NCBI RefSeq assembly: GCF_018398935.1
Contig: NZ_CP074694.1
Location: 1,710,001-1,742,000, forward strand
Length of the DNA stretch: 32,000 bases
Reading direction: 5' to 3'
Source of the DNA: Telmatocola sphagniphila
GTDB lineage: Bacteria > Planctomycetota > Planctomycetia > Gemmatales > Gemmataceae
Below are positions 25,882 to 32,000 of this stretch, one piece after another (the stretch's first letter is position 1; each line of letters starts with the position of its first letter). The position numbers and the translations under genes were made by a program. Under the pieces are notes generated by a model. It worked only from the letters and a program-made list of their open reading frames with translations. It was not told the DNA's origin and ran no database searches.

Positions 25882-27468
25882 TCACTCGTTCTTCGCCGAG
25901 TGGTCTTCGAATTGCAAAGACTCGGCTGCGGTCGTGTCCTGTTCGAGGCCGGAAGCACCGAGAATCCAGATCGCACCGGCTACAAAAATCAGGGTGGAAA
26001 CCGCAAGCATGGCGATTTCCCAGCTCCAGACGTCGGCAATCCACCCCATGATGAAGGGAGAAATAGCATCGCCGAACAGGTGAATGATCAGAATGTTGAG
26101 CGCGAAGCCTGTGGCTCGGACGCCCGAATGGGTCACATTGGCAGTTATCGCATTAGCCGGACCGGTATTGAAGAAGAGGAAGAAGACCGCACCGGCGAGC
26201 AAAAGCCAGGCATAAGGAAATGGAACGAGAACCATTCCCACAAACAGCGGGAAAGCGAGCATTGCCGAATAGCCGCAGACCAGGAAGTAAGCTCCCTGCA
26301 TGTACTTTCGCAAATAATCTCCGAGGATTCCACCCAGCAACGTAGCCAACAACCCGCACACAACGACCAAAACGCCAAAATAGAGATTGATCTGGCTCAG
26401 CGATAGAGACAACGGTACTTCCTGGCCATCGACAATCTTGTAGGCTTGAGCACCGCTGACAATTTGAGGGTAGTAGTTTTCAAAGGCGGTCCGGGTCAAT
26501 TTTTCTTTGAGAAGCTGATTCATTTGCGGGATGCCCAGCGGTTCCTCGCTGCGCAACTTATTCAATTGCTCGATGACATCGACGGGGATCAAGGGTTCCC
26601 CACTCGGAGCCTTCAACTGAACCAGTTTTTCGATCGATTTATCAGTGATTTGCAGTTGGCCGACCCGTTCGAATATGTACTTGGGCGCAAAGGCGGCCAC
26701 GCCCCCCAGCACAAAGGTCGTGCAAGTCATCCCGAGAGTGCAGAATCTGAAGGAGCGGATTCGCCAGATTTTCTTCACTCGTTCCCAGTAGGTATCCTTT
26801 TGCGCGGATTCAGGTCCTTTATAGCGCGGCGGTTCCTTCATGAAGAAGCAGAACAACCCCAGAATCAGACCGGGAAAAGTGACTGCATAAAATGCAGCCC
26901 GCCAGCCAAAGGATCCAGCTATGGCCCCACCCAGAACGAAGCCCAGAGCACTTCCAACTGGGATCGCCAGATAGAACCAGGAAAGCACTTTTCCCCGATG
27001 ACTGACCGGGTACATATCCGAAAGCATCGAAGGCGCCACCGGACCATAAGCGGCCTCTCCCACCCCCACAAAACAGCGGGTCAAGAGCAGGACGATATAA
27101 GCGCCGGCCAAACCTGAGGCGCCACTTGCCAGACTCCAGGCGATGACGCCAATTCCGACAAGATACCAGCGGGAAAACTTATCCCCCAGCACCCCGAACA
27201 GCGGAGCCGTCAGCATATAAACCACGAGAAAAGCACTGGTGAGCGAGCCGAGTTTACGATTCAGCCACGGGTCGTTCGGATTGAACAGATCGAGTTGAAT
27301 ATTGGAAAGTGTGGCGGAGAGAACCTGTCGATCGATGTAATTGAAGAGATTGATGGCCAGAAGAAGAAACAGCATCTTGGATGCCCCGGGATGTATTTCC
27401 TTCGGGCCGCCATTTCCGGTCGGTGTGTAGGCCATGAATGATCTCGACGAGGGGGTATGCGGGATCAT
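25882..27468 (-). CDS. MFS transporter (Spinster-like), 12 TM with a large insertion in the TM7-TM8 loop
   Basis: 528 aa. NLFNYIDRQVLS lies in TM1 and GDKFSRW after TM2. Twelve hydrophobic segments were traced by eye. A hydrophilic insertion spans aa 263-359 (26392..26682). The ATG at 27468 was used, and the ATG at 27435 is an alternative. Confidence 0.85.
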   Translation of the reverse strand: MIPHTPSSRSFMAYTPTGNGGPKEIHPGASKMLFLLLAINLFNYIDRQVLSATLSNIQLDLFNPNDPWLNRKLGSLTSAFLVVYMLTAPLFGVLGDKFSRWYLVGIGVIAWSLASGASGLAGAYIVLLLTRCFVGVGEAAYGPVAPSMLSDMYPVSHRGKVLSWFYLAIPVGSALGFVLGGAIAGSFGWRAAFYAVTFPGLILGLFCFFMKEPPRYKGPESAQKDTYWERVKKIWRIRSFRFCTLGMTCTTFVLGGVAAFAPKYIFERVGQLQITDKSIEKLVQLKAPSGEPLIPVDVIEQLNKLRSEEPLGIPQMNQLLKEKLTRTAFENYYPQIVSGAQAYKIVDGQEVPLSLSLSQINLYFGVLVVVCGLLATLLGGILGDYLRKYMQGAYFLVCGYSAMLAFPLFVGMVLVPFPYAWLLLAGAVFFLFFNTGPANAITANVTHSGVRATGFALNILIIHLFGDAISPFIMGWIADVWSWEIAMLAVSTLIFVAGAIWILGASGLEQDTTAAESLQFEDHSAKNE

Positions 27469-27493
27469 CCTCGATCCCGCAAATCACAATTTA

Positions 27494-28783
27494 TCAGTTC
27501 GTTGACTTGAGAGTACCGATCGCGTAAAGATTATCGAAACCTCGGATATACAGGCGGCCATTCGAAATTACCGGCGAGGCCGAAACGCGGTCGTTGAGTC
27601 GATTTTTGGCGAGAATTTCGAACTTCTCACCCGCTTTAACCACAGTGACCGTTCCATCGTGACCCGAGAGATAGATCTTACCGTCCGCATAGACCGGCGA
27701 GCTGCGATATTTCGCTTCGTGGAATCGCTCGTTCTTGTAATAGGCTTTACCCGTTTTAGCATCCAGGCAGGTCAGCTGACCGCTTGCGGAGCACAAATAC
27801 ACCAGACCGTCTTTCAATAGGGGGGAGGGGACGTCGGGAGTTGTTTCAAAACGGAATTGCTCGAATTCGCTGCCGGGACCAAAAGTTCCCTTCGCATCCG
27901 GCTTCACGGCCACTACCGGACCGCGCTTGGCCGTCGGCACAATAATCAATTCCGGTGTCGCTAAAGGAGAAGCGACAAATCGCAGCGTGCGATCGTATTT
28001 GGCCTTGGCGTTCAATTCCGTAACTCGCCAGATTTCAGAACCATCTTTCAGATCGTGGGCCGTGCAGTAATCGTTGCCGTGGGCCAGCAAATAGGCTTTA
28101 TCGCCGTTGTGCCAGATCATCGTCGATGCGTAGCTATGCTCGTTCTCCTGAATCCCATCGCTCTTGCGAACGACTTTCCAAACTTCCTCACCGGTTTTCG
28201 CATCGATGCAGATCACATAGCCGGGAATGCTGTGAATCAACTGCCAGTAGAGTTTATCGCCGTAAAGAACGGGGGTGCTGTGCATGCCGAACTGATATTT
28301 GAACTTGCCATATCGTTCCTGGGCATTGAACTTCCAGATTTCCTTTCCGGCGACGTCGAAGCAAGCCAACTCTCCTGAGCCGACGGCGACCCAGACATGC
28401 TTACCATCGGTGCTCGGTGAAGAAGTGGCAGCACTATTCTCGCCGGCCTGGAATTGAGGTTTCTTGGGTACAATCCCGACCTTCTGCTTCCAGATCTCCT
28501 TACCATCTTTGGCATCCAGGCACAGCAGCACCGTGCTATCCCCCTCTTCACTGCTCAAGAAAATCTTGTCGCCCCAGACGACGGGAGTCGAGGCTCCGAT
28601 CCCAGGCATTTTCGCTTTCCAGGCGATGTTTTTCTCATCGGACCACTCCGAAGGAATGTTCTTCTCCGTGGAAATCCCGAGATTGTCCGGGCCGCGCCAG
28701 GACGGCCAATTGTCGGCGAATGCTGGGCTGGACCAGGCAACCAATGTCACCAGGTAAAGAAATCGAAACGTTCGAATGATCAT
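27494..28783 (-). CDS. Secreted PQQ-like (BamB-like) beta-propeller repeat protein
   Basis: 429 aa. The signal peptide ends in SSPAFA. It then reads DNWPSWRGPDNLGIS and has repeated W..K....S.PV..GDK(I/L)(F/Y) blades. Confidence 0.85.
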   Translation of the reverse strand: MIIRTFRFLYLVTLVAWSSPAFADNWPSWRGPDNLGISTEKNIPSEWSDEKNIAWKAKMPGIGASTPVVWGDKIFLSSEEGDSTVLLCLDAKDGKEIWKQKVGIVPKKPQFQAGENSAATSSPSTDGKHVWVAVGSGELACFDVAGKEIWKFNAQERYGKFKYQFGMHSTPVLYGDKLYWQLIHSIPGYVICIDAKTGEEVWKVVRKSDGIQENEHSYASTMIWHNGDKAYLLAHGNDYCTAHDLKDGSEIWRVTELNAKAKYDRTLRFVASPLATPELIIVPTAKRGPVVAVKPDAKGTFGPGSEFEQFRFETTPDVPSPLLKDGLVYLCSASGQLTCLDAKTGKAYYKNERFHEAKYRSSPVYADGKIYLSGHDGTVTVVKAGEKFEILAKNRLNDRVSASPVISNGRLYIRGFDNLYAIGTLKSTN

Positions 28784-28929
28784 GGCAACCCATTGAATTT
28801 GGAAATTTGGCAGGAATTACAATATTCTCTGGGATGATAGCAAACGATTCGACGGCTCACAAGAAGGCAACTGACGAACTCTCATCTTTTGACTTGTTTT
28901 CCCAATTCAGTTGAGGTATACACTATTAC

Positions 28930-29970
28930 ATGAGTGTTCCACCACTTCACGGACGAGGGATCAGCATCAACCCCGCGAATCGCTTTATCCCGATCTATCG
29001 GGAAGAGGGCGAAGAATGGCGGGATCCGGACGATCCTGCACCTCAAACTCGCTTTTTTCGAGACACTACCAAATCGATTTTCGCCAAAAACGAAAGCCCA
29101 GACATCCCTTTTGAACTGGGGATAAACCCATACCGGGGCTGCGAGCATGGTTGTGTATATTGTTACGCCCGGCCGACGCACGAATATCTCAGCCTCTCCT
29201 GCGGACTCGATTTCGAGACGCAGATTTTCATCAAGGAAGATGCGCCGGACTTGATGCGCAGGGAGTTTTCCAAATCAAGTTGGAAGCCACAAACCATCAG
29301 CATGTCAGGGGTTACGGATTGCTATCAACCGGTGGAACTCCGACTCCAGATCACCCGCCGTTGTCTTGAAGTGTTCGCGGAGTTTCGCAATCCTGTTGGA
29401 ATAGTTACCAAGAACGCGCTTGTGACTCGGGATATTGATCTACTGAAGGAACTTGCGAAATATCAGGCGGCAGTGGTTTTCATTTCGGTTACAACGCTGG
29501 ATAAAGAACTCGCCCGGGTCATGGAACCGCGGGCTTCCGCACCAGAAGCTCGTCTGCGCGCTATCGAAGAACTTGCCGCAGCCGGGATCCCTGTGGGAAC
29601 GATGGTTGCTCCGGTCATTCCTGGTCTAACCGATCATGAAAGCCCAGCGATTCTGAAGGCCGTGAAGGAGCGGGGAGCCATTACAGCGGCCTATCAGATG
29701 CTTAGGTTACCCTATCAGGTCAAGGAATTATTCATCACCTGGCTGGCCCAGCACTTCCCAGAGCGAAAGTTGAAAGTATTAAATCGGATTCTGTCCGTGC
29801 GGGACGGCAAACTGAACGATTGGCGATTCGGACATCGGATGAAGGGAGAAGGCATCTGGGCAGACTTGTACCGGCAGCAGTTCCTGTTGCATCGCGAACG
29901 GGTGGGTCTTGAACCCTATGGTCCGAGCTTGAGTACCGAACACTTTCGGGACCCTACCCGCCTCTTCTGA
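28930..29970 (+). CDS. Radical SAM protein, PA0069 / SplB-like (COG1533) family
   Basis: 346 aa. The N-terminus HGRGISINPANRF and the cluster motif CEHGCVYCYA (CxxxCxxC) match this family. Confidence 0.85.
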   Translation: MSVPPLHGRGISINPANRFIPIYREEGEEWRDPDDPAPQTRFFRDTTKSIFAKNESPDIPFELGINPYRGCEHGCVYCYARPTHEYLSLSCGLDFETQIFIKEDAPDLMRREFSKSSWKPQTISMSGVTDCYQPVELRLQITRRCLEVFAEFRNPVGIVTKNALVTRDIDLLKELAKYQAAVVFISVTTLDKELARVMEPRASAPEARLRAIEELAAAGIPVGTMVAPVIPGLTDHESPAILKAVKERGAITAAYQMLRLPYQVKELFITWLAQHFPERKLKVLNRILSVRDGKLNDWRFGHRMKGEGIWADLYRQQFLLHRERVGLEPYGPSLSTEHFRDPTRLF

Positions 29971-29980
29971 GGAATGCCGC

Positions 29981-31975
29981 TCACTTGGCGATCAATGATT
30001 CCACAAGCGGGGAATAGGAAACCATATCCTTCCCGGCGATCTTCGTTGTGAAACGAACTCCAAAGGGCAATCGCCCGGCCGGCAATTTGGGATCGACCTT
30101 CAATGTGAATTTGGCTTGGGTCTCCCCTTTCCCGATTGGTTTCACGTTAGCGGTAACACCTTCGGGCAGACCGACTAACGCAACATTCACTTCCTCGGTA
30201 GCGGCTGCACTCCGCTCCAGTTTGATGGTGCATTCCAGCGGCTTATCGCTCTTGAAGGTGGGAGAACTCAATTGAATGGTCCCGCGGATCGGTGGCGAGG
30301 AAATTACCGCCACGGCCACCTGCCGGGTAATGGGAATGGGAGGATGTAAGAGATTATCCATCTCTTTTCGCACGGCCTCCAATCGATCCGCATAGCGTCG
30401 TTTTACTTGACCATTAATCACGATCTCGCCTAGGACGCCGAAGACATAGGCCGGCTTCAAATCGGAACCAGTCAGTTGGATCGGAAGCAAAGCCTGATTG
30501 GAATTGGCTGGAACTACGACACTTCCGATCACTTGCTCGGGCCCTTCGACAGAAAGTCGAATTTCTCCCCCATAGTTTTTCCGTTTAATGGCCACCGGAA
30601 GCAGTGTCCCGGTCATCATCGAAGCTTCGCAGCGGTCGAGGGGAAGTATCAGCTCGAAATCGGGTTCATCTTCCCGCACTATCAAGTGATATAACTCGGC
30701 CGGTCCGAAAAGATAATTCAGGTGTTCCGCCTTGATGAACAGTTCGGTATCGCTCGTTGCAGCGTACTCGAGACGAGCGGTAGTTTGCATCGGGTCGCTC
30801 TTGGCAAGTTGTTTCTGATCTTTGTCCAAAAGTTGCAGATAGACCTCGGCCGGGGTATTGATGTCGAAGGTTTCTGCGGAGATGAGGTATTTCACCCCCT
30901 TTTTGGCGGGGAAACGATAGTAATCGACATCTCCCTTGGACTGAAAACCGGCCGAGACTCCACAGGGCACTGGAAGCTGCATCGCTTCCGTCGGCTTATT
31001 GTTGGGCGCTTTCTCCAAAAGTTCCGGCACGTCCGAAATTCGAACCTGCAAGGGCCAGCCCGAAAGTTCGCCGATTTTCGGGACTACCGCAATGGCTCCG
31101 GTAAGCGAAGTTGCAGGAGCAGTCACTTCAACCCCGAGCACTTTCGTTATGCTGGCTCCGGGGAATTGAACTGTCGCTTTTTTCCCTGCCTGAATGTACA
31201 GGGGTTCGACGACTTGCCCGACGGGAAAATCGCCGATTCGCAACCGATAGTGATGGTTGGGGCCGCCCCGATATTGCGTATCGCGCATTTCGATCAGATA
31301 CTCGCCGGCCTCGGCAAAAGTATGGGTAATTCGGGCATCGTTCTGCAAACCGGGTGGATCGTCACTATAAGTTCCCGGGATTTCGAGACCGGTAGCGGCA
31401 CTATAAAGCTTTAAAATGGGATCGATCGGATTACCGAGTCTATGGCCGAGGGTTTCGAAACTGAGTCGTTGGCCGGGAGATACGGTGAAGCTGTACCAGT
31501 CGCTCTTATCCTCGTCGACTTTACCAGCCACTACACAGGGAATCGTCAGTTTTTGAGGCGTTTTCTTGTCCTGATGGCCGGACGTCTGCAAAACCTGAGG
31601 CAAGTCGTCCACGCAAATGAGAATCGCATTCGAAATACCAAATTCGGTAATCACGCGCAAATGGTGGTAACCCACCGAGGCCTCTTTCGAGACATCGAGT
31701 GTCAGCGTCACTTCCTGCGCCGATTTGGCTTTAACGGACGCCTGCACCGGGAAACTGGCCCAAACCGCTTTGGCAGTTTCCAGTTTGCTTCCGGAAATTT
31801 TTAATTCCGATTTGGTGCCGCGGGATAGGCCATGTGGAAACGCCGGTGAAATTACCGGTGCCTGCGGCGAAAGACTTACTGTCGAAGCCGGCGCGGGAGA
31901 ATCGGGCTTTTTTTGAGCCACGGCCAAGGATGTCAAAGAAAGAACGAGAAACGCTGCGAGTTGGCGTTGGTGCAT
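29981..31975 (-). CDS. Secreted multi-domain protein with two PPC (pre-peptidase C-terminal)-like domains
   Basis: 664 aa with the signal peptide MHQRQLAAFLVLSLTSLAVAQ. PPC-like signatures are DKSDWYSFTV...YRLRIG and GDVDYYRF...YHLIV, each preceded by an Ig/IPT-like segment. Confidence 0.7.
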   Translation of the reverse strand: MHQRQLAAFLVLSLTSLAVAQKKPDSPAPASTVSLSPQAPVISPAFPHGLSRGTKSELKISGSKLETAKAVWASFPVQASVKAKSAQEVTLTLDVSKEASVGYHHLRVITEFGISNAILICVDDLPQVLQTSGHQDKKTPQKLTIPCVVAGKVDEDKSDWYSFTVSPGQRLSFETLGHRLGNPIDPILKLYSAATGLEIPGTYSDDPPGLQNDARITHTFAEAGEYLIEMRDTQYRGGPNHHYRLRIGDFPVGQVVEPLYIQAGKKATVQFPGASITKVLGVEVTAPATSLTGAIAVVPKIGELSGWPLQVRISDVPELLEKAPNNKPTEAMQLPVPCGVSAGFQSKGDVDYYRFPAKKGVKYLISAETFDINTPAEVYLQLLDKDQKQLAKSDPMQTTARLEYAATSDTELFIKAEHLNYLFGPAELYHLIVREDEPDFELILPLDRCEASMMTGTLLPVAIKRKNYGGEIRLSVEGPEQVIGSVVVPANSNQALLPIQLTGSDLKPAYVFGVLGEIVINGQVKRRYADRLEAVRKEMDNLLHPPIPITRQVAVAVISSPPIRGTIQLSSPTFKSDKPLECTIKLERSAAATEEVNVALVGLPEGVTANVKPIGKGETQAKFTLKVDPKLPAGRLPFGVRFTTKIAGKDMVSYSPLVESLIAK

Positions 31976-32000
31976 GATGGATGTAATACCGGGCCAGCAA

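Noticed and set aside
28889-28932. A leaderless-mRNA reading for the radical SAM gene (TTGTTT-17-TATACA ending 7 nt before the ATG).
   Set aside because: A GAGG about 13 nt upstream of the ATG and a better -35 (TTGACT) at the wrong spacing make the architecture ambiguous. It cannot be decided without TSS data.
1-32000. A scan for CRISPR arrays, IS or transposase genes, integrases, prophage genes, toxin-antitoxin pairs and known defence systems.
   Set aside because: I saw no direct-repeat/spacer array, no terminal inverted repeats flanking a gene and no recognisable recombinase, RT or nuclease defence gene. Apart from the NRPS, the gene content is housekeeping or planctomycete-typical.

Overview
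This window reads as an ordinary chromosomal stretch, not a mobile one, from a Planctomycetota-like genome. The diagnostic features are a Tat-signal DUF1501 gene stop/start-coupled to a DUF1549/DUF1553 (PSD1-type) gene, a secreted protein with PPC domains, and a 1426-aa hybrid sensor kinase. I support about 21 tightly packed protein genes. They include purM, greA, a class II fba, S9 and M42 peptidases, a LarE-type PP-loop ATPase, a PA0069-type radical SAM protein, two MFS transporters, a PQQ-like beta-propeller and two DUF1501 paralogues. I recognised no rRNA, tRNA, CRISPR array, IS element, integrase or known defence gene. The best candidate for an undescribed system is an isolated single-gene NRPS (18840..23498, minus strand). 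Its domain order is T-C-A-T-T-TE, and by hand alignment its A-domain specificity code is one residue away from the cysteine code. No loading enzyme, PPTase or MbtH gene lies nearby. Upstream of it sits the largest and most AT-rich non-coding region of the window, which carries a canonical G-quadruplex motif, and then a sensor-less orphan histidine kinase. Secondary observations are listed below.
- The kinase's roughly 700-aa extracytoplasmic region is built from degenerate OB-like repeats.
- A 59-nt near-perfect hairpin starts where a TATAAT-driven transcript of the M42 peptidase gene would begin.
- A probable unannotated 86-codon ORF is coupled to larE through a TTGA overlap.
- purM is stop/start-coupled to an MFS gene.
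- An MFS transporter carries a roughly 97-aa insertion in a periplasmic loop.
- Several convergent gene pairs have gaps of only 0 to 10 nt.
All family assignments rest on motif recognition by eye. No database search or folding calculation was run.
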